Below, piece by piece: positions 27,100 through 37,120 of a stretch of 64,000 nucleotides of DNA. Location of the stretch: NCBI RefSeq assembly GCF_003334335.1, contig NZ_QOWQ01000013.1. One strand, given 5' to 3'. The number at the start of each line of letters is the position of its first letter. The stretch's first letter is position 1. The DNA is from Escherichia coli (GTDB lineage: Bacteria; Pseudomonadota; Gammaproteobacteria; Enterobacterales; Enterobacteriaceae). Below the pieces are notes generated by a model. That model was not told the origin of the DNA and searched no databases. It was given only the letters and a program-made list of their open reading frames with translations. Position numbers and translations under genes: made by a program.

Positions 27100-28764
27100 T
27101 TAAAACGTTTCCCAGTTCTCCCCGCTATCTGCCACGGCCATTTTACGCGGCGCAGCTGGCGTCACGGTTTTTACCACAGCCGATGTTTCACGCTGCTGTT
27201 GCTGCTGTTGCTGAATCCGGAACACTGCCACAGCTTCGGTCAGGCGACTGGCCTGCTCTTCCAGCGCGGCGGCGGCAGCGGCAGATTCTTCCACCAGCGC
27301 AGCGTTCTGTTGGGTTACTCTGTCCATCTCAGCGACCGCTAAGCCAACCTGATCGATACCACGGCTCTGCTCATCAGAAGCCGAAGCAATTTCGCCCATA
27401 ATGTCCGTCACGCGGGTCACGGCACTGACAATCTCCGCCATTGTTTCCCCTGCGCTTTCGACCAGCGTAGAGCCAACATCTACTTTCCCCACCGAGTCTT
27501 CAATCAGGCTTTTAATTTCACGAGCCGCCTGAGCGCTGCGCTGGGCCAGATTACGCACTTCACCCGCGACCACCGCAAAACCGCGCCCTTGCTCACCCGC
27601 GCGCGCTGCTTCAACCGCCGCGTTCAAAGCGAGAATATTGGTCTGGAAGGCAATGCCGTCAATTACGCTGATAATATCGGCGATTTTCTGCGAACTGGTG
27701 GAGATATCGCGCATGGTCTGCACCACGTTATCCACCACTTTGCCGCCGCGTTGCGCCGTTTCAGAAGCACTTAACGCCAGGTGGCTGGCCTGGCGCGCAT
27801 TTTCGGCGTTCTGCTTCACCGTTGCGGTCAGTTGCTCCATGCTGGCTGCCGTCTCTTCCAGCGAAGCGGCCTGTTGCTCGGTGCGCGAAGAGAGATCGTT
27901 ATTGCCGGTAGCGATTTCGCTGGCACCGCTATAGATGGCATTGGCCCCGTTGCGCACATCACCGACGGTACGCATCAGCTCTCCCTGCATATGGCGCAAA
28001 CTCTCAGCCAGTTGCCCCATCTCATTAGAGCCATCCACCTCAATCGGTTTCACCAGATCGCCGCCTGCAATATGACGAATGCTGTCAATCAGGCGATTCA
28101 TTGGCGCTACCAACGAGGCTTTAATACCGAACCAGACGGCGAAGATGACCGCCAGTACGACGATCATCACGCCCACCAGAATCCACATCGCCTGGCTGTA
28201 GGAGGCATTATTATCGCTGACGGCGATATCATAGAGCCGATCGTTTTGCTCCATGTAAGCCACATACTGCTTCTCGAAACCGTCCTGATATCCCTGGGTC
28301 GGCTGATCAAAGAACTCGTTGATTTTGCCTGCACCTAACAGTTGGATCAGCTCCGCCAGCGCATTGTGATAAATATCGTAATTACGTTTGATCTCTGCCG
28401 CTGCGGCGGTGCTCTGACGCGGGTCACGCGGCAACGCTTCGTAATCCGCCCAGTTTTTTTCCGCCTGTTTCAGCGAAATACTGGCACTCTGCATCAGCTC
28501 AGCAACGGTTGAACCGCTACCAATATTATTCTGATCCATCATGTAGCGGATACCCGCGCGGTTGAGGGTGTTACGCGTCTGCAACAACGCGACCCAGCTG
28601 CCATTCAGCGTGGATTGCTGCTGGCGAATGGTTTGTAAAACAGTGAAATTTTCTTTGTCATTCTTTAAGGCATTAAAGAACAGACCGCCTGATGTCAGTT
28701 GTAAAAGGCCAAAAACGGCCAAAACCAGCAGTAAGCTGGTCACGATCTTGATACGTTTTAACAT
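27100..28764 (-). CDS. tsr: Methyl-accepting chemotaxis protein I (serine chemoreceptor)
   Basis: 554 aa from [22 protein letters not shown]; HAMP and MCP signalling domain; C-terminal NWETF pentapeptide; run of 7 Gln in the C-terminal linker. Confidence 0.95.
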   Translation of the reverse strand: MLKRIKIVTSLLLVLAVFGLLQLTSGGLFFNALKNDKENFTVLQTIRQQQSTLNGSWVALLQTRNTLNRAGIRYMMDQNNIGSGSTVAELMQSASISLKQAEKNWADYEALPRDPRQSTAAAAEIKRNYDIYHNALAELIQLLGAGKINEFFDQPTQGYQDGFEKQYVAYMEQNDRLYDIAVSDNNASYSQAMWILVGVMIVVLAVIFAVWFGIKASLVAPMNRLIDSIRHIAGGDLVKPIEVDGSNEMGQLAESLRHMQGELMRTVGDVRNGANAIYSGASEIATGNNDLSSRTEQQAASLEETAASMEQLTATVKQNAENARQASHLALSASETAQRGGKVVDNVVQTMRDISTSSQKIADIISVIDGIAFQTNILALNAAVEAARAGEQGRGFAVVAGEVRNLAQRSAQAAREIKSLIEDSVGKVDVGSTLVESAGETMAEIVSAVTRVTDIMGEIASASDEQSRGIDQVGLAVAEMDRVTQQNAALVEESAAAAAALEEQASRLTEAVAVFRIQQQQQQQRETSAVVKTVTPAAPRKMAVADSGENWETF

Positions 28765-28795
28765 GGTTTCTCTTTCCACTAGACAGATACACTGG

Positions 28796-28822
28796 TTGTC
28801 GGCCTGGTGGTGGAAAACTTTA
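28796..28822 (-). promoter_or_regulatory. Sigma-28 (FliA) class III promoter of tsr
   Basis: Minus strand reads TAAAGTTT-N11-GCCGACAA, matching the FliA consensus TAAAGTTT-N11-GCCGATAA, about 35-60 bp upstream of the tsr start. Confidence 0.7.
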
Positions 28823-28903
28823 TGCTGTGGAAAAGCGTCGGCACTGCTTTTGTTGCAGCAAACTTGCGTTTTTTGTGAGGGTCACACTCTATAGCGGCAG
28901 TTT

Positions 28904-29809
28904 ATGGTACAAAGTATCAATCTTCTTCGAACCAGTGATACTCCTATGGCTTATAGCATCGATATCATCTCCTGCATTACCGAACGGTTTATGGCGTTAA
29001 CAGCCACTGAAAAGCGTATCGCACAATTTATTCTTGATGACGTCTCTGCCGCAGTAGAGTTGCCAATTGCTGAGCTGGCACGGTTAACGCAAACCAGTCA
29101 GGCGTCGGTGACGCGTTTTGCCCGTGCACTGGGGTGCAAAGATGTCCGCGAGTTGAAAGTCAAACTGGCGCAGTCACTGGCTGTCGGGCAGCGGTTTATT
29201 CTCGATGTACCGGATCTTGACGGTGTTCAGGGGATCTACGAAGCGATTATTAGCGTGCTGGAGACGCATCGTCGTTCGCTGGATATGAATGCCATCAGCC
29301 AGGCTGTAAGCTGGTTAAGTCAGGCGCGGCAAATTCTTGCGTTAGGAACTGGCGGCGGTTCCACTATCTGTTCACAGGAGATTCAGTACCGTTTATTCCG
29401 TCTGGGGCTACCGGTGGTCAGTCAGAATGATGCCCTGATGATGAGAATGATGTGCTCGGCAGTCATGCCGCAGGATGTGGTGATTGTGCTTTCGCTGGGC
29501 GGTTATACACCGGAAATCATCGAAAGTGCGGCAATCGCCCGTCAGTATGGCGCGCGTGTTATTGCCATTACGCCAGCACAAACACCGCTGGCGGAACAGG
29601 TGGATCTGGTATTGCCGTTACTGGTTCAGGAAAGTGATTACATCTTTAAGCCCACCCCTTCCCGCTACGCGATGTTAGCCATGGTCGATGTACTGGCAAC
29701 AGAACTGGCAATGGCAAATAAAGCGCAGGCGAAAGATCGCCTGCGGCGGATAAAACTCGTGTTAGACAGCCACCGTGGGGGCGCTAACCGCCAGCCACTT
29801 GGCGATTAG
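28904..29809 (+). CDS. RpiR/MurR-family transcriptional regulator (HTH_6 + SIS domain)
   Basis: 301-aa ORF; N-terminal HTH (TEKRIAQFILDD...LARLTQTSQASVTRFARALG) and C-terminal SIS sugar-phosphate-binding-like domain; alternative start at Met15 (28946). Not part of the K-12 tsr-btsT interval as I recall it. Confidence 0.75.
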   Translation: MVQSINLLRTSDTPMAYSIDIISCITERFMALTATEKRIAQFILDDVSAAVELPIAELARLTQTSQASVTRFARALGCKDVRELKVKLAQSLAVGQRFILDVPDLDGVQGIYEAIISVLETHRRSLDMNAISQAVSWLSQARQILALGTGGGSTICSQEIQYRLFRLGLPVVSQNDALMMRMMCSAVMPQDVVIVLSLGGYTPEIIESAAIARQYGARVIAITPAQTPLAEQVDLVLPLLVQESDYIFKPTPSRYAMLAMVDVLATELAMANKAQAKDRLRRIKLVLDSHRGGANRQPLGD

Positions 29810-29818
29810 CATTGTCGG

Positions 29819-31288
29819 TTATGCTTCTTCAGGTTTGGTGATCACGACACTCTGGTTTTCACGCTCATTGGTGATAATAGCCAAAGCTTCTTCCCGGCTG
29901 ACCTGACTTGCTGGCGTTACCAACGTCACCAGTACGCCAGCGACCAGGCTGCCCAGCACTGACGGAATACACGGGTTACCCCAGTAAGCCAGCCAGTCGG
30001 CATTCATCAGCACCACAATTGACATCACCATACCGCTCACTAACGCCGCCAGCGCGCCCTGCCAGTTAAAGCGTAGCCAGAAGCGACCGAGAATCGAGCA
30101 GATAAACAGCCCGGACATCAGCATCGAAATCATTTTGGTAATGTAGCTGATGATGTCATTAGAGGTCAGAGCAAAGACCAGCGCCAGGCCAATAACAAAG
30201 GTCAACATCCAGCGTGAGTAAGTAATGGCCTTGTCCTCCGGCGGCATTCTGCCGGTAATCATGGTGTAGACGTCGCGCATCATAATCGCCACCGCCGCGA
30301 TGGCATCGGAGCTGGCAGAAGACATGGTGGCTGAAAGCCCGGCAATCAGCACCACCAGCCCAAGAATGGCAGGTAAGAAACTGGTCGCGAACAAGAAGGC
30401 GTAGTTGCTGTTTTCCAGATTTGGGTTCATGGTGAACGCCGCCATGCCGATAATGGCAGGCAAAATCGAGAAGAACAGATATAACACCCCAGTAATAACA
30501 AACGAACGGCGTACAGAGGGAACATCTTTACCCGAGTAAATACGCTGGCGATAAGACGGTGTGGCCAGTACGCCGACACCAATAACCAGCGCCAGCGAAA
30601 GCGCAGGTAGAACGCCCATTTTATCAATCGCAAACAGGCTCATCGCTTTTGGGTCCATCGCCTGTTCAATCGCACTCCAGCCGCCAACGTGAACAACGGC
30701 GAGAATAGCCATCAATATAAAGCCAAAGAACAGAATTAAGGCCTGAATGGTGTCTGTCCACACTACCGCCGAATAACCGCCGATAATAACGTAAATCGCA
30801 AAAGCTAAGGCGATAATTAATTTTGCTACAGTAAGATCAATACCTGTTGCCCAGGCAAGATACATACTGCCACCTAATATATGCGCCCCCAGCCAGCCAA
30901 TAGAGGCAATAAATATCATCAGGCCGACAATATTTTTAATTAAATGACTCCCGCCAGTATAATAAGATATTTCTTCACTCATGGTCATAAAACGTAATTT
31001 ACGTACCGGTGCAAACAGCCACGCCACCAGTAATATACCTACGGCCCCACCGACGCCATAAAGCATTCCGGCCCAGCCATTGCTGTAGCCAAAGCCCACG
31101 GCGCCCATACTGGAACCCGTGCCAACCATCGTGGCAACGGTTGAGCCCAGCGTCAGAAACAGCGGCAACGAACGCCCGCCCAGCAGAAAATCTTCTCCGC
31201 TTTTCTGATTACGAGACACAAACCAACCAAGCCAAATCATGGCGATGGCATAAATAATAAAGCCGACTAAAAAGATATGACTGTTCAT
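29819..31288 (-). CDS. Sodium:solute symporter (SSF family) transporter
   Basis: 489 aa, about 13 TM segments; N-terminal region typical of PutP/PanF-type SSF carriers. Confidence 0.75.
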   Translation of the reverse strand: MNSHIFLVGFIIYAIAMIWLGWFVSRNQKSGEDFLLGGRSLPLFLTLGSTVATMVGTGSSMGAVGFGYSNGWAGMLYGVGGAVGILLVAWLFAPVRKLRFMTMSEEISYYTGGSHLIKNIVGLMIFIASIGWLGAHILGGSMYLAWATGIDLTVAKLIIALAFAIYVIIGGYSAVVWTDTIQALILFFGFILMAILAVVHVGGWSAIEQAMDPKAMSLFAIDKMGVLPALSLALVIGVGVLATPSYRQRIYSGKDVPSVRRSFVITGVLYLFFSILPAIIGMAAFTMNPNLENSNYAFLFATSFLPAILGLVVLIAGLSATMSSASSDAIAAVAIMMRDVYTMITGRMPPEDKAITYSRWMLTFVIGLALVFALTSNDIISYITKMISMLMSGLFICSILGRFWLRFNWQGALAALVSGMVMSIVVLMNADWLAYWGNPCIPSVLGSLVAGVLVTLVTPASQVSREEALAIITNERENQSVVITKPEEA

Positions 31289-31390
31289 AATTCACATCCT
31301 GCCAGTAGAGAGAGAATAAAGTAAGAGTTCCCGGAGTGCTGAATGTATTCAGCACTCAATTGCGGTCTATTTTTTTAATTCTTAAATTTA

Positions 31391-31786
31391 TTAGCGGGTC
31401 GCGTTATAACAGGTCACATCGACTTCAACTTTACAATCGACAACCAGATCAGCTACACAACAAATACGTGCAGGCGGATTCTCGCCAAAAAATTCTCTGA
31501 ATACTTTATTAAATGACTGGAAATAGCGGGCGTCGGTCAGGATCACTTTCACGTGAACCACATCCGCCAGGCTATAACCGGCTTCAGTCATGATGTCGAC
31601 ACAGTTTTGGATCGCCAGTCGTGACTGTTCAACGATACCGCCTTCTACCACTTCACCGTTTTTCATGGGGGTTTGCCCGGAGACGTACAGCCAGCCGCCC
31701 GCCTCAACCGCCCTGGCAAACGGCAAATGCTGCCCGCCAGTGCCTGTTCCACCTTCCGTACCGTAACGTTTAATACTCATATTCAC
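31391..31786 (-). CDS. RidA/YjgF-family reactive enamine/imine deaminase
   Basis: 131 aa with the conserved RidA C-terminal signature (PARICCVADL...VEVDV). Confidence 0.75.
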   Translation of the reverse strand: MNMSIKRYGTEGGTGTGGQHLPFARAVEAGGWLYVSGQTPMKNGEVVEGGIVEQSRLAIQNCVDIMTEAGYSLADVVHVKVILTDARYFQSFNKVFREFFGENPPARICCVADLVVDCKVEVDVTCYNATR

Positions 31787-31789
31787 TCC

Positions 31790-33241
31790 TTAATGTGAGG
31801 TCTGGCGGCGCAGGAAGCGTCCCGCACGGCCTGTAATGTGTTTATCGCGACCATAGCTCATAACGCCGTTCACCATCACCGCCTCAATGCCATCTGCCGG
31901 GCGTTTGGGATCAGAAAAGCTGGCAACATCACGAATGGTTTGTGGATCGAACAACACCAGGTCCGCAAAATAGCCGACTTTCACCAGCCCACGCTGAGGC
32001 AGACGAAAACGGCTGGCAGAAAGCCCGGTCATTTTGTGGATAGCCGTGGTCAGTGGGAATAAGCCTTCATCACGGCAATAGTGACCCAGCACGCGAGGGA
32101 AAGCGCCCCATAAACGCGGATGCGGCATGGGATCATTGGGCAGTCCGTCAGAGCCAATCATACTGACCGGATAACTCAACACTCTGCGGACGTCGCGCTC
32201 GTCCATGTTGTAATAGATAGCCCCGGCAGGCATCAGCAACTTCGCGGCCTCCAGCATACTCATCTGCCAGTCGATGGCGATTTGTGCCAGTGTTTTCCCG
32301 GCCTGCTGCGGATGTGTTTGTGACCAGGTGATCACAATATCGAATTCGTCGGTGACTTGTTTGAGATCCAGCGTTGAAGAACTGGCCGAGTAAGGGTAGA
32401 CATCGCAGCCAATTTCCTGGTGTTGACGCATTTGGTCAAAAAAGGCCAACGTTTCTTTTGTCCGCCCCCAGTTTTTCGCCCCGGCGCATTTATGGTGGGA
32501 AACCACGACAGGCACTTTGCCATGACGCCCAATACGAAACGCCTCATCCAGGGCATCGAGAATCGGTTCAAATTCAGAACGCAGATGGGTGGTATAAACG
32601 CCCTTCTCACCGGCTAATTCTTCCGCCAGCGCCATGACTTCTTCGGTAGTCGCCTGAAATGCCGTTGCATAGGCCAGCCCGGAACTTAACCCCAGCGCCC
32701 CCTGACTCAACGCCAGACGTAAGTCGGCACGCATAGCGGCAATTTCATCCACCGTCGCCGGGCGAAACAGGTCGTCCATATGGTTATTACGCAGCGCCGT
32801 ATGACCAATCAGCGTGCCAACGTTCAGTGACGGCCTGGCTGCTTCCACTGCCTGGGCATAGCTTTCAACGGTAGGATAAATAAAGTGCTCTGCTTCCCCC
32901 AACAGATTCATCGGGTCAGGAACTTCACCTTTCATTTTCGCCGACGCCGCACTGATCCCGCAGTTACCGACAATCACCGTAGTGATCCCCTGGCTGATCT
33001 TTGGCAGATATTCCGGGATGCGAATAACGTTGATATCGTCATGGGTATGAACGTCGATAAACCCTGGTGCCAGCACCCGCCCTTCCCCGTCAATGACCTG
33101 CTGCGCCGTAACGTTAAGCGCAGGGGCAATATCGACAATCCGATCACCTGTTATTGCCACGTCACCGCGAAATTCAGGGCCGCCGCTACCGTCGATAACG
33201 GTCACATTTTTGATTAACCAGTCAACCTGCATGTTCGTCAC
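31790..33241 (-). CDS. N-acyl-D-amino-acid deacylase-like amidohydrolase (D-aminoacylase family)
   Basis: 483 aa; N-terminus IKNVTVIDGSGGP...APGFIDVHTHDD is the metal-binding HxH start of D-aminoacylase-type amidohydrolases; 4-nt gap to the RidA gene. Confidence 0.75.
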   Translation of the reverse strand: MTNMQVDWLIKNVTVIDGSGGPEFRGDVAITGDRIVDIAPALNVTAQQVIDGEGRVLAPGFIDVHTHDDINVIRIPEYLPKISQGITTVIVGNCGISAASAKMKGEVPDPMNLLGEAEHFIYPTVESYAQAVEAARPSLNVGTLIGHTALRNNHMDDLFRPATVDEIAAMRADLRLALSQGALGLSSGLAYATAFQATTEEVMALAEELAGEKGVYTTHLRSEFEPILDALDEAFRIGRHGKVPVVVSHHKCAGAKNWGRTKETLAFFDQMRQHQEIGCDVYPYSASSSTLDLKQVTDEFDIVITWSQTHPQQAGKTLAQIAIDWQMSMLEAAKLLMPAGAIYYNMDERDVRRVLSYPVSMIGSDGLPNDPMPHPRLWGAFPRVLGHYCRDEGLFPLTTAIHKMTGLSASRFRLPQRGLVKVGYFADLVLFDPQTIRDVASFSDPKRPADGIEAVMVNGVMSYGRDKHITGRAGRFLRRQTSH

Positions 33242-33432
33242 TCCATTTCTGCAATGGTGACAAGTTAACCATTTACAAGGACGAAAAACAGTGGAAAACT
33301 ACGCAAAACCCAGATGATTTTATGATACTTTTATTCATAAATAATAAGATAAATAAACTAAATATTTATATTTCATTTAGTTACAAATGATACTCACATC
33401 CGATACGGTGAAAAACTTAAAAGGTAAATGTT

Positions 33433-34653
33433 ATGAAATACCACTCAGAACCTCTGGTTCCCCATAAATCTGCCCTGATGCAAATGCCCGCAAATCTCCT
33501 TGCCGAAGATGTCTGTTTACCTGCCGCGATCATTAAAAAGCAGGCCCTGGAGAACAACATTACGTGGATGCAACGCTACGCTGACGCGCGCGGCGTTTCA
33601 CTGGCACCGCACGGTAAAACCACCATGACGCCGTGGATTTTTCAGGCGCAGCAGGCGGCTGGTGCCTGGGCAATAGGTGTCGGTAGCGCATGGCAGGCTG
33701 GTGCGGCAATGGCGAGCGGTATTCAGCGAGTGCTGATGGTTAACCAGCTGGTCGGCAAGGCGAATATGCAGTTGATTGCCCAGTTGCAACAACATTACCC
33801 GACGGTCGATTTTATCTGCTGTATCGACAGCATTGAGAACGCCCGCGCTTTGTCTGCCTTTTTTGCCAGTCAGCAACAGACACTGAACGTGATGATTGAA
33901 CTGGGTGTTCCCGGCGGGCGCTGTGGTTGCCGCTCAACGGATGCCGCACTGGCACTGGCTAAACAGGCAGCCCAATTACCGGGGTTACGCCTGCGGGGGC
34001 TTGAGTTATATGAAGGCGTTTTACACGGTGACGATCCACAACCGCAGGTAGAAGCTCTGCTGCGGGATGCCGCACAACTGGCCTGTGATATGGCAAATCT
34101 GGTTGATGGCGAGTTTATTCTCACCGGAGCAGGCACGGTCTGGTATGACGTGGTGTGCAATATCTGGCTGGCGGCAGAAAAGCCTGATAACTGCCGCATT
34201 GTTATTCGCCCTGGCTGCTACATCACTCACGACACCGGGATCTACGACGCGGCACAACAACAGTTGCTTGCCCGTGATCCTGTGGCCTGCGATCTGGCAG
34301 GCGATCTCACATCTGCGCTGGAACTGGTCGCCATGGTGCAATCGGTGCCGGAAGCTGATCGTGCGGTGGTAAATTTTGGTAAGCGTGATTGCGCCTTCGA
34401 CGCCGGACTGCCGCAACCAGTCGCCCACTACCGCAACGGCAAATCACTGGCATTTGATCCACAGGCGATTCGCAGTACAGGTATTATGGATCAGCACTGC
34501 ATGTTGCAACTGTCAGCTAATAGCGACGTGCAAGTGGGGGATATTCTGGTGTTTGGCACATCGCATCCGTGCCTGACCTTCGACAAATGGAAAACGTTGT
34601 TATTGACTGATGACGACTACAACGTACTGGCAGAATTAGACACTCTCTTCTAA
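33433..34653 (+). CDS. Alanine-racemase-fold (type III PLP) D-serine-dehydratase-like enzyme (DSD1 family)
   Basis: 406 aa; probable PLP lysine in APHGKTT near the N-terminus; fold-type III architecture with C-terminal beta domain. Confidence 0.7.
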   Translation: MKYHSEPLVPHKSALMQMPANLLAEDVCLPAAIIKKQALENNITWMQRYADARGVSLAPHGKTTMTPWIFQAQQAAGAWAIGVGSAWQAGAAMASGIQRVLMVNQLVGKANMQLIAQLQQHYPTVDFICCIDSIENARALSAFFASQQQTLNVMIELGVPGGRCGCRSTDAALALAKQAAQLPGLRLRGLELYEGVLHGDDPQPQVEALLRDAAQLACDMANLVDGEFILTGAGTVWYDVVCNIWLAAEKPDNCRIVIRPGCYITHDTGIYDAAQQQLLARDPVACDLAGDLTSALELVAMVQSVPEADRAVVNFGKRDCAFDAGLPQPVAHYRNGKSLAFDPQAIRSTGIMDQHCMLQLSANSDVQVGDILVFGTSHPCLTFDKWKTLLLTDDDYNVLAELDTLF

Positions 34654-34657
34654 GAAC

Positions 34658-34693
34658 GCCCCTTCGGTTAATTATCGAAGGGGCATTTTTATT
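34658..34693 (+). terminator. Rho-independent terminator after the DSD1-like gene
   Basis: gccccttcg-gttaattat-cgaaggggc hairpin followed by atttttatt. Confidence 0.7.
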
Positions 34694-34756
34694 GTGATCT
34701 CAATCACATATCCACCCGACGAATAATTCTTGCCCAACCGCTCACCGCCATTCCTG

Positions 34757-34785
34757 ACCGCTTACATCCCTAAAATAACCACTCA
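34757..34785 (+). promoter_or_regulatory. BtsR (YehT) response-regulator binding site in the btsT promoter
   Basis: Direct repeat ACCGCTTA (34757-34764) and ACCACTCA (34778-34785) separated by 13 bp, matching the ACC(G/A)CT(C/T)A-N13 repeat described for the yjiY/btsT promoter. Confidence 0.65.
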
Positions 34786-34920
34786 GTTATTTACCTTACT
34801 TTACGCGCGCGTAACTCTGGCAACATCACTGCAGGATAGCGGTCAATTTACCTCCTCAAACGCAACGCAAACCTAGAACGGCTTCGGCCAACTATTAATC
34901 AATACATGCCAGGTTTTACT

Positions 34921-37071
34921 ATGGATACTAAAAAGATATTCAAGCACATACCCTGGGTGATTCTCGGAATCATCGGTGCATTCTGCCTCGCGGTAGTTGC
35001 ATTACGTCGGGGGGAGCACGTCAGTGCCCTGTGGATCGTGGTCGCCTCTGTGTCGGTGTATCTGGTGGCTTATCGCTACTACAGTCTGTACATCGCCCAG
35101 AAGGTGATGAAACTCGACCCCACGCGCGCGACGCCTGCGGTTATTAACAACGACGGTCTGAACTACGTTCCGACCAACCGTTACGTGTTGTTTGGTCACC
35201 ACTTCGCCGCTATCGCCGGTGCTGGTCCGCTGGTTGGTCCGGTTCTCGCCGCGCAGATGGGCTACCTGCCTGGCACGCTGTGGCTGCTGGCGGGGGTAGT
35301 GCTGGCCGGTGCAGTACAGGACTTTATGGTACTGTTTATCTCCTCTCGCCGTAACGGCGCATCTCTCGGTGAGATGATCAAAGAAGAGATGGGACCAGTA
35401 CCGGGGACTATCGCGCTGTTTGGCTGTTTCTTAATCATGATCATCATCCTTGCCGTCCTGGCGCTGATTGTGGTTAAAGCCCTGGCCGAAAGTCCGTGGG
35501 GTGTCTTCACCGTTTGCTCAACCGTACCGATTGCGCTGTTTATGGGTATCTACATGCGCTTTATTCGTCCGGGGCGTGTGGGTGAAGTCTCTGTCATTGG
35601 TATCGTGCTGCTGGTTGCCTCTATCTACTTCGGTGGCGTGATTGCTCACGATCCGTACTGGGGTCCGGCACTGACCTTTAAAGACACCACCATTACCTTC
35701 GCGCTGATTGGCTATGCGTTTGTTTCCGCACTGCTGCCAGTGTGGCTGATCCTCGCACCGCGCGACTATCTGGCAACCTTCCTGAAAATCGGCGTTATCG
35801 TCGGCCTGGCGCTGGGTATCGTGGTGTTGAACCCGGAACTGAAAATGCCTGCGATGACCCAGTACATTGACGGTACTGGCCCGCTGTGGAAAGGCGCTCT
35901 GTTCCCGTTCCTGTTCATCACCATCGCCTGTGGTGCGGTATCTGGCTTCCACGCGCTGATCTCTTCCGGCACGACACCGAAACTGCTGGCTAACGAAACC
36001 GACGCGCGTTTCATTGGCTACGGCGCAATGCTGATGGAGTCCTTCGTGGCGATTATGGCGCTGGTTGCTGCGTCCATCATCGAACCGGGTCTTTACTTCG
36101 CGATGAATACCCCGCCTGCTGGCCTTGGCATCACCATGCCTAACCTGCATGAAATGGGTGGCGAGAACGCGCCGATCATCATGGCGCAGCTGAAAGACGT
36201 TACCGCACACGCGGCAGCGACCGTCAGCTCCTGGGGCTTCGTGATTTCGCCAGAGCAGATCCTGCAAACAGCGAAAGATATTGGTGAGCCTTCTGTCCTG
36301 AACCGTGCAGGTGGTGCGCCGACGCTGGCGGTAGGTATCGCTCACGTGTTCCACAAAGTGCTGCCGATGGCTGACATGGGCTTCTGGTATCACTTCGGTA
36401 TTCTGTTCGAAGCCCTGTTCATCCTGACCGCGCTGGATGCGGGTACCCGTTCTGGCCGCTTTATGCTGCAAGACCTGCTGGGTAACTTCATCCCGTTCCT
36501 GAAAAAAACCGACTCTCTGGTTGCCGGTATCATCGGTACTGCGGGCTGTGTGGGTCTGTGGGGCTACCTGCTGTATCAGGGCGTGGTCGATCCGCTGGGC
36601 GGCGTTAAGAGCCTGTGGCCGCTGTTCGGTATCTCCAACCAGATGCTGGCAGCCGTAGCGCTGGTACTGGGCACCGTTGTGCTGATTAAGATGAAGCGCA
36701 CCCAATACATCTGGGTAACTGTTGTTCCGGCTGTATGGCTGCTTATCTGCACCACCTGGGCGCTGGGCCTGAAACTGTTCAGCACCAACCCGCAGATGGA
36801 AGGCTTCTTCTACATGGCAAGCCAGTACAAAGAGAAGATTGCTAACGGTACTGACCTGACGGCACAGCAGATTGCCAACATGAACCACATCGTTGTGAAC
36901 AACTACACCAACGCGGGCCTGAGTATTCTGTTCCTGATTGTGGTGTACAGCATCATCTTCTACGGTTTCAAAACCTGGCTGAAGGTGCGTAACAGCGACA
37001 AACGTACTGACAAAGAAACTCCGTACGTTCCAATCCCGGAAGGCGGCGTGAAGATCTCTTCGCACCACTAA
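34921..37071 (+). CDS. btsT: Pyruvate/H+ symporter, CstA family
   Basis: 716 aa from MDTKKIFKHIPWVILGIIGAFCLAVVAL; polytopic CstA-family transporter. Confidence 0.9.
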   Translation: MDTKKIFKHIPWVILGIIGAFCLAVVALRRGEHVSALWIVVASVSVYLVAYRYYSLYIAQKVMKLDPTRATPAVINNDGLNYVPTNRYVLFGHHFAAIAGAGPLVGPVLAAQMGYLPGTLWLLAGVVLAGAVQDFMVLFISSRRNGASLGEMIKEEMGPVPGTIALFGCFLIMIIILAVLALIVVKALAESPWGVFTVCSTVPIALFMGIYMRFIRPGRVGEVSVIGIVLLVASIYFGGVIAHDPYWGPALTFKDTTITFALIGYAFVSALLPVWLILAPRDYLATFLKIGVIVGLALGIVVLNPELKMPAMTQYIDGTGPLWKGALFPFLFITIACGAVSGFHALISSGTTPKLLANETDARFIGYGAMLMESFVAIMALVAASIIEPGLYFAMNTPPAGLGITMPNLHEMGGENAPIIMAQLKDVTAHAAATVSSWGFVISPEQILQTAKDIGEPSVLNRAGGAPTLAVGIAHVFHKVLPMADMGFWYHFGILFEALFILTALDAGTRSGRFMLQDLLGNFIPFLKKTDSLVAGIIGTAGCVGLWGYLLYQGVVDPLGGVKSLWPLFGISNQMLAAVALVLGTVVLIKMKRTQYIWVTVVPAVWLLICTTWALGLKLFSTNPQMEGFFYMASQYKEKIANGTDLTAQQIANMNHIVVNNYTNAGLSILFLIVVYSIIFYGFKTWLKVRNSDKRTDKETPYVPIPEGGVKISSHH

Positions 37072-37080
37072 CCGTGTTTA

Positions 37081-37107
37081 GCCCCGCTTCGGCGGGGCTT
37101 TGTTCTT
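37081..37107 (+). terminator. Rho-independent terminator after btsT
   Basis: gccccgc-ttcg-gcggggc hairpin (GNRA-like loop) followed by tttgttctt. Confidence 0.75.
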
Positions 37108-37120
37108 ATCAGAGTGAACT

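Noticed and set aside
28823-34756. Mobile element, prophage or integrative element signatures flanking the tsr-btsT cassette
   Set aside because: No transposase, integrase, inverted repeats or obvious target-site duplication seen at either boundary; composition similar to the core genome.
35518-37068. 516-aa minus-strand ORF overlapping the whole of btsT
   Set aside because: Antisense shadow ORF of a well-supported transporter gene; Arg/His/Gln-rich low-complexity product with no recognisable motifs.
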